Shown here: piece by piece, positions 26,004-39,100 of the stretch
How positions within the stretch are numbered: position 1 is the first letter of the stretch
How the letters are laid out: every line of letters begins with the position of its first letter
Assembly: GCF_964194155.1 (NCBI RefSeq)
Contig: NC_135893.1
Coordinates: 13,454,001-13,518,000, forward strand
Length of the DNA stretch: 64,000 nt
DNA from: Cetorhinus maximus
Taxonomy: Eukaryota
Direction: 5' to 3'
Translations under genes and position numbers: made by a program
The notes under the pieces: generated by a model
What the model was told of the DNA's origin: nothing
Seen by the model: only the letters and a program-made list of their open reading frames with translations
Database searches by the model: none

Positions 26004-27394
26004 ATCATGATTGATGAACCTGTTGGAGTTTTTTGAGGATGTTACTAATATAATTGATAAAGGGCAGTCAATGGACGTAGTGTACATGAATTTTCAGAAA
26101 GCTTTTGATAGGGTCCCCCACAGGAGATAGGTTTGCAAAATTAAAGCACGTGGGATAGGAGGTAATATACTGGCATAGATTAAGGATTGGTTAACAGGCA
26201 GAAACCAGAAAGTAGGAATAAATAGGTCATGTTGACAGGCTGTGACTAGTGGGGTACTGCAAGGATCAGTACTTGGGCCCCAGCTATTCATAATATATAT
26301 CAATGATTTGGATATGGGACCAAATGTAATATTTCCAAGTTTGCTTATGACACAAAGCTAGGTGGGAATGTGTATTGTGAGGAAGTTGCAAAGCAGCTTC
26401 AAGGGGATTTGGACAGATTTAGTAAGTGGGCAAGAACATGGTAGATGGAATATACTGTGGAAAAATATGAGGTTACCCACTTTGGTAGGAGGAACAGATA
26501 TGCAGAGAATTTTTTAAATGGTGAGAGATTAGAAAGTGTAGATGTACAAAGGGACCTGGGTGTCCTTGTCAATAAGTCACTGAAAGTTAACAAGCAGATG
26601 CAGCAAGCAATTAGGAAGGCTAATGGTATGTTAGCCTTTAACACAAGAGGATTTGAGTACAGGAGTAGCAAAGTCTTGCTTCAATTGTTTAGAATCTTTG
26701 TTAGACAGTACCTAGAGTACTGTGTGCAGTTTTGGTCCCCTTAGAAAGGATATTATTTGCTATAGGGGGAGTGCAGCGAAGTTTCACCAGACTTGTTCCC
26801 AGGATGGTGGGACTTTCCTATGAAGAGAGATTAGGGATACTGGGCCTGTATTTTTTAGAGTTTCGAAGAATAAGAAGTGATCTCATTGAGACCCACAAAA
26901 TACTTGAAGGGATAGACAGGGTAGATGCAGGTAGGATGATTCCCCTGGTTGGGGAGTCTAGAACCAGAGGAAGCAATTTCAAAATAAAGGGGAAGCCACT
27001 TAGGACTGAGATGAGGAGAATTTTTTTTCTTCAGAGGGTTGTGAATCTTTAGAATTCTCTATCCCAGAGGGTTGTAGAAGCTCAGTCATTGAGTATTTTT
27101 AAAGCAGAGATTGACCGATTTCTAAACACCAATGACATAAAGGGATATGGGGATAGTGTGAGGAAAAGGCATTGAAGTGGATGATGGTATTGAATGGTGG
27201 AGCAGGCTCGTTGGGCTGAATGGGCTAATCCTATATTCCCCCTATTTAGGCACAACCATGAAAAAGGGTTACTTTGCAAGGCGCTGGTGGGCATCAGGGG
27301 AACTGTACCCCAGCTAGAATTAAGCTTCAAAACAGGAGGAGGTCAGAAAATTTGAGGTATGGGGAAAAAACATCCATTCCCTCAACTTCTTATG

Positions 27395-28660
27395 GAGAAA
27401 GCACTTGCATTTTTACAGCATCTTTCACGACTTGAGGACATCTGAAAGAATGCTATATAGCCAACGAAGTACTTTTTGAAATGTAATTACTGTTGTAATA
27501 TATGAAATGTGGCAACCAATATATGCAGAGCAAGATCCTACAAACAGCAATGAGATAATAACCAATTAAACTGTTTCAATTATGTTGTTTGAGGGATAAA
27601 TATTAGCCCAAACATAAGGGGCAAGATATTGAGGTCGGCGAGTGGGGGCCGGGGCCCACTCGCTGACGCGGGATGACATCAGGCAGAACTCCCGACGTCA
27701 CCCCGCGTCATTTCAATTTTCAGGTCAGTGAGGGCGCAGCCAAATCAGCTGTGCGCCCGCCGACCTGTCAACGGCCAATTGAGGCCATTTAAAAACTAAT
27801 TCAACTAGGTAATGGACCTTAAGCTCCTAACAGTGGCCCAGTGGTATTGTAATTGGGTTAATAATTCAGAGACCCAGGGTAATGTTCTTCGAATCCCGCT
27901 ATGGTACATAATAGTTTGAATTCAATGTGAAAAGTAGAATAGTTAATGGACCTGCCCGTCCAACCTTAAGGTTGGCGGGCAGGCCGGGAGCCCTCGTGGG
28001 CTTCAGAAAATGCATGAAACCTCATCCATGGGCGGGATGAGGTTTCATGAAGGTTTTTAAAAATTAATAAAAGTTTGGATAAAAGTGATGGACATGTCCC
28101 AACTCATGTGACAGTGTCACATGAGGGGGCATGTCAGGGAAATTTTATTTTTGTGCATTGACCATTTTTGAATTTGGCGCTGATCTCCTTGAGGCAGCAC
28201 TTAGCCTCAGGGAGACGCATGCGCGAAAGAACACACTCCCAGCTTAGGGAATCCCCCGCTGGCAGCACAGGGAGCACATAGCACTTCCTGGCGAACATCG
28301 CACTGGGCGGGCCTTAATTGGCCTGCCCACGCAAAATGGCGGCACGTCCCCAATTGGGGGCGCCAATCGGAGGCGCGCCTGCATGCGCCCGCTCCTGCAC
28401 TTCCCCCCCGATGGGGGGAAAATTCTTCCCAAGGGAGAACTCTACTGCTCTTGTTTGAATTGTTCCATGGGATCTTTTACATGCACATGTGAGAGCAGAT
28501 GAAGCCTGTTATTGTCTCATTAGAAAGATGGCATCACAAACAGTACACCACTCCCTCTGCAATGGAATGTCAACCTGGACTATGTGCTCAAGCCTCTGGA
28601 GTGGGACTTGAACTAATAATAATCTGATTCAGAGTCGAGAGTGCTACCTACTTACTGACA
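27395..28660 (-). mobile_element. Deu-domain SINE split by a MITE
   Basis: gagggataaatattagcccaaacataag|ggagaactctactgctctt..ccatgggatctttta rejoins across the MITE; the head is at ~28600-28650. Confidence 0.8.
27619..28430. mobile_element. Harbinger-type MITE carrying a nested SINE head (27820-27943)
   Basis: TIRs gggcaagatatt / aaaattcttccc and TSD AAG; the internal insert is flanked by the 10-bp direct repeat taatggacct. Confidence 0.9.
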
Positions 28661-30029
28661 TACACAAACTTTTTACTGAATTAAAAATGTATCTATTATC
28701 CAAGATAGAAACTATTTAGGCCATTGGAGAATACAATTTTAATGCTTCTCTTCACATAAACCTCAACCTCTGCAGCTCGCAGACCACATCTAAATGTTAC
28801 CTTGGTGAGTTGCAGTTGTCCATGACTCATGTTGATCCTGCCCAACCTCACCCCCCACTTCACAGCGATGATTGTTTTCAGCTGACGCTTTCCTCATTAA
28901 CTCACCAGCACACCGTCAGGATAGCTATGTAATTATTCAGATAAAGTTGAATTTACGAGCATGTCAGGCTTCAATGTCTGCAAGGTTTGACATTCACATG
29001 CTTGCAGGTGGTTTCCGGATGGGCCTTGTTACAAGAATGATTTTCTGTTTCTGTTACTTGCTGAAACTATAAATCGTACATTGCCCGGGTATATGGCAGG
29101 TCCCAATCAGCTGATGGCTCATTAAGGAGAAATTAGTCTTCGGTGCTTGGTAGCTGCGGCATGCTTAAAGTTGGCAAGTTCCCCAACCCCTTTTCCTCAA
29201 TGGGCCTCTGGGTCCTGGGAGCTTTCCTACCACTTAGCCCTGTTGGAGCCTTCAGGGCAGAGGGCTGTAAACCTTGCCTTACAAAGGGAAGGATTCATTT
29301 TGGAGACTGAGTTGTGTCATAAATCAGACACATAAACTGCCTAAATAATGAAAACAATCAGGAATGATTAGAGAACATGTTTCCTTGTAAGAAGAAAAGT
29401 GCTACAGTTTGTCAGAGAAAAGGGTGTAAGCATGTAACTCGCTGCTCAAACTATATAAAAATAGAAATAACTATTTCTGAATGTTCCGCTTGTTAGCATT
29501 TTTGCAGCAGCGCAGTGACTGGTTTTGGCCACTGTGTTTTGTCAGTCAAGGACTTCAGTAAGAAACACGATAAAGCCCTTGTAAAATGAGTAACTTTCCA
29601 GCTGACTTGTTTGTTCTTGCAGCAGCAATTTTCTTCCCTCCCGACTTCTGTTGGGTTTCAATTTCTTGGAGGCCAATCATGCTTCACTGCCTAACTCAAG
29701 TGGCCATTCTTCATGTGAGAATCTGGAGAGTGTCTGGAGTGTCATCAGGTTATTCAACCACAAGGTGCATCATTGTCATCAACCAATGGTTGATCTCTCT
29801 CAAACACACACACACCTTGCAAGGTATTCTGGGTGGAAATCAGAAGTGGCAATCTTTCTTCTAACTAACTCAAGAGCATTTGAAGCCAATTGTGGTGCCC
29901 CAACTGCCATCCTGACAGATCAGTTAATTCAGCACAGAGCAGGGATCGAACCTCTCTCTTGTTCTGTATAGGTGAGTTACTTGCTGTACTGGATAAGCTT
30001 TTTAAATTACTGGGGAGACTTTTTTATTA

Positions 30030-30760
30030 GAACATATAGATGATGAAGTAATATGATAGAAGTGTTTAAAATTATGAAAGTAACATAGGTGACTCTTAAA
30101 TCAGCCTCTAAAATGATCTAGCAAGCCACCCAGTCATATGAAACCTCTACCGGAGGTTTAAGTAGGCGGCCTACCACCACTTTCTCAGGGCGACAAGGGA
30201 TGGGCAATAAATGCTGAACTTGCCAGCAACACCCAGGTTTCAAGAAGAGTTTTTAAAAAACAAATGTTGAGAGAAACAGACTGTTTTCAGTTGTTAAGGG
30301 ATCTAGAGAGAGGGGCATAGAGACAAGATTAAATATAAGGGATTTAGAACGTGGAGAAAGAAAAACTTCTTTCAAGAAAGTTGTGAAACTGTGGAATACA
30401 CTTCAAGGTTAGTAGTTGAGGCAGAAACTATGGGGGAGAAATTTGTTCGTGTAGCACCGCTTCTAGCTTCTGGCAGCACTACACAATCATACATCGGTTC
30501 CCAGGGGCATGCAGCCTGCGGGACCCTAACTGCATGGCCAGCGCAGTTTTGATACCATCGATCAACAACACATGGACTGCAGAGGTGTCAACCCATGACA
30601 TTACCTGCCCTCGGGGAATCGACATATGTCTGACTAGTAGTACTACACAAACAAATTTTTCCTCCATATCAACATTGAAGATTAGATTGGATACGTGGAT
30701 GAAGGAAAAGTGAATGAAAGGATATGGAACAGGGTGGGCAAATACAATTAGGACTATTTG
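30030..30760 (+). mobile_element. Old CR1 3' fragment with a nested LINE tail (30090-30260) and a MITE
   Basis: atgatagaagtgtttaaaattatgaaag..aaaaacttctttc..gttgtgaaactgtggaat. Confidence 0.65.
30432..30665. mobile_element. Small Harbinger-like MITE (~230 bp), distinct family
   Basis: ~23-bp TIR gggggagaaatttgttcgtgtag / ctacacaaacaaatttttcctcc; imperfect TSD (atg/ata). Confidence 0.7.
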
Positions 30761-30789
30761 ATCATGTAAAAGGTGAACGCCAACACTAT

Positions 30790-31951
30790 CGTCTATGGAA
30801 TCGTCTCAGATTTGCACTAAGTGTGATAGAGGGCGGGAAAAAGAACATTTTACCCGCAGGCCACAATGTATCATCCCAATCCCGCCTCATTAATCATGCA
30901 TTCCCGGGTAACACGCCGTTTCGTTAGCAGGCAGGCTCTCATTCGCCCGCCGCGCCATCACCTTGCCACTTCTTCTCACCGGGCAACATATTTAAAGTGC
31001 AGTTGCTCACACACCTCTCAGTGCTCCCAGCTCAAGACTGCTGCACAGAAGGCCTGGCCCCGAAAGGCAAGAAGACTGCAGCCCTCCCGAATCAGTGACG
31101 CATCCCTGGGAAGACCTCTGGACACTGTTGGAGCCAGCCGCGATGTCCCCTACCCCAGAAGAGGTTCGCCATCCAGTGCAGAAAGGGGATGAATGATCTC
31201 ATCCGTGCTGCCAGGGTAAGGCATCATTATAAATTCACACACTCACAAGGCCATCACATATTCATCTCACTAACTGCCAGCTCAAGGAACATAACCACTC
31301 ACTCTCTCACACACACCCTCACATCTCCATCTGGACTCACCTCCTCTGGAGACTGCCTCCTCAGCCCTCACCCTCTTTGAGGCCACTAGCACAGATCAAT
31401 ATGTACCACCACACACACCCTGGGATACCCCCCTTCCACAATAATGCCCCTAGCCCTGCAGCCTCTTCCCTTGTCTGAGGCCACTTCTCCAAGCAAGCCA
31501 CAGCCCTGCAGCCATTGAAAAACCACCCCTCGTCTTACGGTTGGTCTCTTAAGAAGAGACCTGCCCATGAGCCCCCCTAAAAGATGTGCTGCCTGCGAAG
31601 CCTGGCACTGATGGCCACAAGTGCTGCCTGAAGCAAGGTAGGCAAACAAGCCTCATCAAGTCCTGTTTGAAGTGCAGCTCGCCAAGTGCATGTCACTTAT
31701 GTTCAGTTGTGAAACATGTTGGGGTGCAATCACACCGATGTGCTCAGGTGATCCAGTGTAGGGAGATGATTCCGGCGAGCTGGGCTTATAATGATATGCA
31801 GATATATTACAGTGAAGTTCCTGATGTGCGGCAGCAGGAAATGTGGCCCGCCATTGAAGGGCAGAGTGGACGATTGCAAACTGATCGTGAAACCGATTTT
31901 TGGCCTTCCCGCCATATTGTCTGCTCACGCCAGGCATGGAAAATTCTGCCC
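30790..31951 (+). mobile_element. Harbinger deletion derivative retaining a Myb/SANT exon remnant
   Basis: Right TIR aaaattctgccc ends at 31951; Myb remnant ..MNDLIRAAR with a GTAAG donor at 31216; left TIR missing. Confidence 0.72.
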
Positions 31952-34486
31952 TAAGTAGTTGAAGATCTGTTTCCAAATTGTAATCTCTTTGTATGTGACA
32001 ATGTAACATAACAGTGGTATGGTCTTAATGTATTGTAACAGCACTGACTGTGACTAAGGTGACTAAAGTCTAAACATCTTCCTGTATTTAAGTAGTGAAT
32101 TTTCAACAGGGAATCCACTGAAGTGACAAAATTAAAGTTGGAGATTTTAAACAAACACATTATATCGGAGAGGCCATTCAAATTTGTAACACACGCTTGG
32201 AGATCACATGGCAATGTAACATGATCACTGTTGTGGTTGATGAAATCATTCAAAACCCTTGAATATGTTACAGCCTTATAAATCCCCTAGGCATCATTTA
32301 TTCTCTATACTAACATACCCTCGAAATAGTGTCTGCTTTGTGACTTCTCAGTTCTGTTGCTTGGTGATGTTGTTCATTCATAACTATTTTTCATCATTGA
32401 ACATTCAAGATGAAAGGTCAAGGTCCCTACTACAATAATTGAGGAAAATTCATATAGGGCACAATAATAATTACTGTTTTTTTTAAATCAGAGATCGTGG
32501 ACAATATAAGGAGGCAGAAGAGGATGTAAGATGTGTATATGCAACTTAGGAAGACCAAGAGAAAAATCTGGAAGTGACTACCAAACTGTAATTGAGTTTG
32601 ATAGTCGAGTAAATTTATAAGATTGGATTATAACCTTTAACTCTCTTCTATGTATTAATGGTTTTGCCTCCAAAATAAAAAAATACATACATAATGTATT
32701 GCAGTCCACTTAGTGCATACAGTCTGCATTATTTCCTGGCAGTCAACTTTTGATTAACACTTGATAAGCTGCTGTGGTTACTTCACTATCATTAGTTGTT
32801 CAGCCTGGATATCATCACAAATCAATAACATGCAATATTCTAGCCGTCAGAAAAATGACATAGGCAGTTGGCCAAAAGAAGGGCCAAAATGAGAAATGGG
32901 TCAGTAACACAGTAGAATCCTCATAATAAAATATTTAAAATTGCGAATCGAAAAAAGAATGGAAAGTAATTAAATAAACTTCACAGCACATAACTTATTT
33001 GTGTTTGTGGCTGCGTAACTATCATTGCAGATTTCCTCCTAGCTTTCTGATTGGTCCATGCTAACCATGGTGTGTTAATTGTTACACTCTTAGTCAGGAC
33101 CAAACAAATGCCAGAGTGAAGAAAAGAGGCTATGAAGATCTGAATCCCAGTCTTGCCTGCTGATGATTTAGTTTTGTTATTGATGAGTCTACGGATCATC
33201 TGGCCACAGCTGGCAATCAACCCAACATTCAGTCTCCCAACTCTCCATCTAACTGAACTCTGCACCCATGCCTCCTGGACTGAAAGTCTCACTCGTCAAT
33301 CATGAATAACAGCAAGGAAGGCCTACTAGTTGTACTGAGTGGTTTCAAAAAAATCATCTCTTCATATTCAGACGAACATAAACCACATGTATAAACTGGT
33401 CTTTAAGATTACTCCGTTTTCATAAATCTCATCTAGCCATTATTCTGCCTAGACATCAACTAAATCAACAGACAGATTAGGTCATAATAACTAATCCTTC
33501 ATCGTAGACCTCACTAACTGCATTAGGATAGGCTGACCACTTATGTTCACACTCTTTGGCAGAAGAGGTCCAAAATTGAATGTATACGCTGCATGTATTT
33601 ACTGTGTATTTTAAAAAGTGATTTTAAAATTACAACCTCATTTTAAGGCTTTTTCTTGTGGTTCCTGCTGTTATCTGAATCCCTCAGCCAGATTTTTTTC
33701 TAATCACCTTCATTATTTTCTCTGTAGGTCTTGTTCAGTGACTTTCTGTTTCTAGTAGGGAGTCTCCCTTCATGGGGAGAGCAGCATTAAGGTCTTCTTC
33801 TTGATGCACGTCCTTGAAGATTGTGTGCTCCTATGGGTAGTAAAGGGAGGTGTCAGTCAGCCCCCACAAATTGAGTGATAGTACGGATGGGAAACCTGTC
33901 AGCACTTTAAGTGACAAAAGTTTTAATAATGCGGGAGGAGAGACCCTCTTAAGTAAGAGAACTGTTGAAAACAGTTCAACAGCTTTAGATACTGTCTCTA
34001 ACTTCTAAACATTATACTGATATTCATAGGAACATAAAAACATACAAATATAAGAAATATGAGCAGGAGTAGGTCACTCAGTCCCTCAAGCCTGCTCCAC
34101 CATTCAAAAAGATCATGGCTAATCTGATTGTAGCCTTTACTCTACTTTCCTGCCCGCCCCAATAATCCTGGATTCCCTTGTGAATCAAAAATCTGTCCAA
34201 CTCCGCCTTGAATATATTCAATGACCCAATCTCCACTGCTTGCTGGAGAAGGGAATTCCAAACACTAACAACTTTCTGAGAGAAGAAATTCTTCCTCATT
34301 TCTGTCTTAAATGAGAAAGCTCTTATTTTGAAACTGTGCGCCCGGTTCTAGATTCCCCTACGATAGGAAACATCCTCTAACAAATCTAACCTGTCAACCC
34401 CCCTCAGAATTTATGATGTTTCAATAAGATCACCTCTCATTCTTCCAAACTCCAAGAAGTATAGGCCCAATCTGCTGAACCTTTCA

Positions 34487-34963
34487 CGAGAATGATCCCA
34501 GGAATGAAAGGCTTAACATATGAGGAACGTTTGAGGACCCTGGGTCTATACTCAATGGAGTTTAGAAGGATGAGGGGGGATCTGATTGAAACTTACAGAA
34601 TACTGAAAGGCCTGGATAGAGTGGACGTGGGGAAGATGTTTCCATTAGTAGGGGAGACTAGGACCCAAGGGCACAGCCTCAGAGTAAAGGGAAGACCTTT
34701 TAGAATAGAGATGAGGAGAAACTTTTTTAGCCAGAGAGTGGTGAATCTATGGAATTCATTGCCACAGAAGGCTGTGGAGGCCAGGTCATTGAGTGTATAT
34801 AAGACCGAGATAGATAGGTTCATGATTGGTAAGGGGATCAAAGGTTACGGGGAGAAGGTGGGAGAATGGGGTTGAGAAACTTATCAGCCATGATTGAATG
34901 GCAGAGCAGACTAGATGGGCTGAATGGCCTAATTTCTGTTCCTATGTCTTATGGTCTTATGGT
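34487..34963 (+). mobile_element. Younger CR1 3' fragment
   Basis: Uninterrupted ORF 34492-34875; cttatggtcttatggt tail; short ctttc direct repeat at the junctions. Confidence 0.9.
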
Positions 34964-35379
34964 CTTTCCTCATAAGACCTCATGCCAGGAATCAGCTTAG
35001 TGAACCTTCTCTGAAGTGCTTCCAATGCAAGTATGTCCCTCCTTAAGTAAAGTGATCAAAACTGTACACAGTATTCTAGGTGTGGTTTCACCAATGTCCT
35101 GTACAGTTGTAGCAAGACTTCCCTACTTTTATACTCCATCTCGATTGCAGTAACCAACATTCCATTTGTTTTCCTAATTACTTGCTGTACCTGCATGTTG
35201 ACTTTTTGTGATTAATGTACAAGGATTCCCAGATCCCTCCATACTGCAGCATTCTGTAGTCTCTCTCTGTTTAAATAATATTCTGCCTTTCTGTTCTTCC
35301 TGCTAAAGTGGACAACATCACGTTTTCCCACTTTATATTCCATCTGACAAATTTTTTCTCACCCACTTAACCTATATCC

Positions 35380-37983
35380 ATAGTCGTTTGGTAATACAGA
35401 ACTTGAGTATTGCTGAAAAAAAGAGACATTTTGTCAAAGCTCTTTGCCTTGCACTCATCAGGACAATCACAAGAATACCAATGTCAGGAGAAGCAACAAC
35501 TTTATACTGTATGAGAAGAGAGTGCTGATTGTTGGCAAGTGGATTCTGATTGGTAGAGATGTTGCCATGGAGAATGCACCAGTTAATGATGACAGCTAAC
35601 TGCCAAGCATTGTGTGAAATTTAAACCAGGCAGCTTGACTCTGATTGGTCAAGACATTACCCTGAGGAATGAACCAGTGAATGGCTATTACTTATTTTGT
35701 TTAGCTGAAACAGGTACAATGTGTGTTCATGTTCTTTCTGCCTGCAAAGAACAGGGCCCTGTGTATTAATATATGTAGATTCCAGTACACACAAATGCAT
35801 CACACCGCGAGCATGACTGACAATCTTAAACCGGTTGTCAGTATAATTTTTAGCACTTTGAGGATTATTTAGCAAATGTTGTCCAATTGCAGCATCACAC
35901 CTAACGTTGGTCATTGTGTTTAGAGTTTTGCAAGCATGGCCTAGTTGAGTACGGTCTGTACCTTGCCCATTGCGAACAACGGAAGGGGCATGTTGTTTGA
36001 TACAATCTGCCAGTCTTTTGGACGTACGGCTTACATACCTAGCATCAAACTGGCAATGAAATTCATATAGCACATTACTCATCTGGCGGCCTTAGACCCA
36101 TTCATGAGTTTACACAATATACAATGCGAAATGATCAGAACAGGGTAGCCATGATCCTGTGGGATAGTTAGGAGTAAAAGAGTTCGAACTCAGCAAATAC
36201 CTCTTCCCGCCACAAACCAGCATCCACTGAAGATGCGGAATCCTTGAAAGCACGCCTAGCTGAACTAGCGCAAGCATATTGCGGGATTCCAAACAACCTG
36301 TCTGATTCTCACATGCATTCCAAATGAGTTACAGCATTTTGAGGTCTTAAGGCCAACCCAGATGTACATATCAGTAAACCTGACAAAGGGACAGGAATAG
36401 TTACCCTTAACAAGTGTGACTGTATCAACAAAATGCATGCCATTCTTAATGACGGGTCCAAATTCGGATTCACTGGGCCTGCCACTCAATATGACCGGAC
36501 AGCCTTGCTCAAAAGTAAGCTGAAGAAACGCTTGCTGGACTTGTGTAAGAGCGATGAGCTGCTGCATGATATATATGACATGGTTCGTCCTCATGGCTCG
36601 CTGCATCCGCGTATGTATGCGCTGCCCAAGACACGCAAAAGTGATGTCCCTTTATGCCTTATCTTATCTATGACCGGTTCTGCATAGCACGAATTGGCCA
36701 AATGGTTAGGCAAGTTATTACAAAGAGTTTTGAACAAGTTTTCCAGATACATGGCGAAGGATTTCTTCACATTTGCGAAAACCATACAGAACTTGCAGAT
36801 CGATAGCAATGCTATGCCCATGTGCTCATTTGACATTGCTAGCCTATTCACCAATGTTCCACTTCATGGAAGCCATAGATATTTCCACTGCAGCACTATA
36901 TCATGGCGATTTAGACTCGCCACCATTTCATGAATCAGTATTCATTGAGCTTATGAACTCAGCAACTCATGCAGTTGAGTTAAACTTCAACAACACCATG
37001 TATGCCCCAATAGATAATATTGTCATGGGATCCCCTTTAGGCCCAGTTCTCACAAACATCTTTGTTGGTTCCATGAGAAACATGTCTTCAATGGAATGAC
37101 ACCTAACCTCCTACCACTTGCATATTTCTGATATGTGGATGATACGTTTGCTACATATAAGTCCACAGTAGCAGGTACTAATTTTCTTGCATGTCTTAAT
37201 GGGTTCCATCTTGTGCTCAAATTCACCTTTGAAATGGAGCAGTCAAATGAACTCCCATTCCTTGACGTACTAGTTGAGAAATCTGCCAAGGGATTCTCTA
37301 CCACGGTCTACCACAAGCCTACCTTCACTGGTCAATAAACACGCTGGGATTCTTATAGTTCCACACACTATAAGATTAACCTTATCCGCAACTTCGTAAA
37401 CAGGGCCCGAGCCATTTGCTCACCATGCAAGCTTGATGCTGAAATAGGGCGCATCAATGACATCCTTCTTGATCAAATCATTTCCATCTGTATATCACGC
37501 AAACTCATGAACAGGCCTAAGACTGTCACTTTCAGTCCTGAAAAATGCCCAGTATACGTCAGATTACCCTGGAAGGGCAAGATATCTCAAAAATTTGAGC
37601 AACAGGTAAAGCTAGCTGTTTCATGTTGCTACTATCCAGTAGGAACATGAGTGGTATTCACCACTAACAGGATGCCGCCATCAAACCAAAGATACATTCT
37701 GCCTAACTCACAAAAAAGTAATGTGGTATATGAATTTCAGATGCTAGGTATGTAGGCCATACATCCCAAAGACTGGCGGATTGTATCAAACAATATGCCC
37801 TTCTGCTTTTCACAACGGGCAAGGTACAGACCAGACTCAACCAGCCCGTGTTTGCAAAACTCAAAATACAGTGTCCAACATTAGATGTGATTCTGCAATT
37901 TAACATTGGTATTCTTGTGATTGTCCTAATGAGTGCAAGATGAAAAGCTTTAACAAAATGTCTCTTTTTCTCAGCAATACTAT
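35380..37983. mobile_element. Penelope-like element, family B, head-to-head inverted insertion, decayed
   Basis: Minus arm 35380-36082 (GIY-YIG remnant VLYEFHCQFDARYVSRT, pLTR, tail). Plus arm ~36085-37983 with RT remnants (MYALPKTRK, SFDIASLFTNVP, MGSPLGP, YVDD, LPFLDV). TSD ctatatcc (35372-79 and 37984-91). Confidence 0.88.
37921..37956 (+). ncRNA. Degenerate minimal hammerhead ribozyme motif, Penelope family B (inverted sibling at 35431-35466)
   Basis: ttgtc-CTaATGA-gtgcaagat-GAAA-agctt-t-aacaa. Consensus inferred from four copies: ttgtc CTGATGA gtgcaaga(c/t) GAAA agctt (c) gacaa. Confidence 0.55.
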
Positions 37984-38000
37984 CTATATCCCTTTACAGA

Positions 38001-39100
38001 CAGGTGAGGTGAGAGTGACCGCCTTAGACATCAAGGCAGCATTTGACCCAGTATGGCATCAAGGAGCCTTTGCAAAACTGGAGTCAATGGGTATCAGGGA
38101 GAAACCTCTCCGTTGGTTGGAGTCATACCTAGCACAAAAAAGATGGTCATGGTTGTTGGTGGTTAATCAGCTCAGTTCCAGGACATCGCTGCAGGAGTTC
38201 CTCAGGGTAGTGTCCTAGCCCAACCATCTTCAGCTGCTTCATCAATGACCTTCCTTCAATCATAAGGTCAGAAGTGGGGATGTTCACTGATATTTGCACA
38301 ATGTTCAGCACCATTCACGACCCTTCAGATACTAAAGCAATCCATGTCCAAGTGCAGAAAGACCTGGACAATATCCAGGCTTGGGCTGACAAGTGGCAAG
38401 TAACACTCATGCCACACAAGTGCCAGGCAATGGCCATCTCCAACAAGAGAGAGTCTAACCATCATCCCTTGACATTCAATGGCATTGCCATCACTGAATC
38501 CCCCACTATCAACATAACAGGGGGTTACTATTCACCAAAACTGAACTGGACTAGCCACGTAAATACTGTGGCTACAAGAGCAGGTCAGAGGCTCAGAATC
38601 CTGCAGTGAGCAACTCACCTCCTGACCACCACCCCCCTCCCACCCCGCCCAAAAGCCTGTACACCATCTGCCTTGTAGACTTGGTCCTACCACCAAGTCA
38701 AGACTGTAATGGAATACTCTCAACTGGATGAGTGCAGCTCCAAAAACACTCAAGAAGCTTGACACTATCCAGGACAAAGCAGCCCACTTGATTGACACCC
38801 CACCCACAAATATTCACTCTCTCCACCAACGATGCACAGGGCAGCAGGTACATGGGAACACCACCACCTGCAAGCCACTCACCATCCTGACTTGGAAATA
38901 TATTGATGTCCCTTCTCGATCGCTGGGTCAAAATCCTGGAACTACCCCCCCCCAAACAGCACTGTGGGTGTACCTACACCACATGACTGCAGCGGTTTAA
39001 GAAGGCAAACACCACCACCTTCTCAAGGGCAATTAGGGATGGGCAATAAACGCTGGCCTAGCCAGCCACGCCCACAAACCATGAACGAATATAAAAAAAA
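38001..39100 (+). mobile_element. Second CR1/L2-clade LINE family, RT to 3' end
   Basis: VTALDIKAAFDPVWHQG, DLDNIQAWADKWQV, TLKKLDTIQDKAA; tail ends in an A-run at ~39100. Confidence 0.88.

Larger units (their letters stand above)
23730..27245 (+). mobile_element. CR1 LINE ORF2 (APE endonuclease plus RT) to 3' UTR, decayed, with two nested LINE fragments
   Basis: YDLIAITETWL, GVVYRPP, IMGDFN (23715-24188); KSSGPD..NYRPVSLTS (24935-25399); QRDLGV and YCVQFWSP (26445-27052). Confidence 0.92.

Noticed and set aside
33755-33990. Possible small TIR element or structured RNA (gggagtctcc..ggagagaccc; ctgttgaa/ttcaacag hairpin)
   Set aside because: The inverted matches are short and imperfect, with no TSD or second copy.
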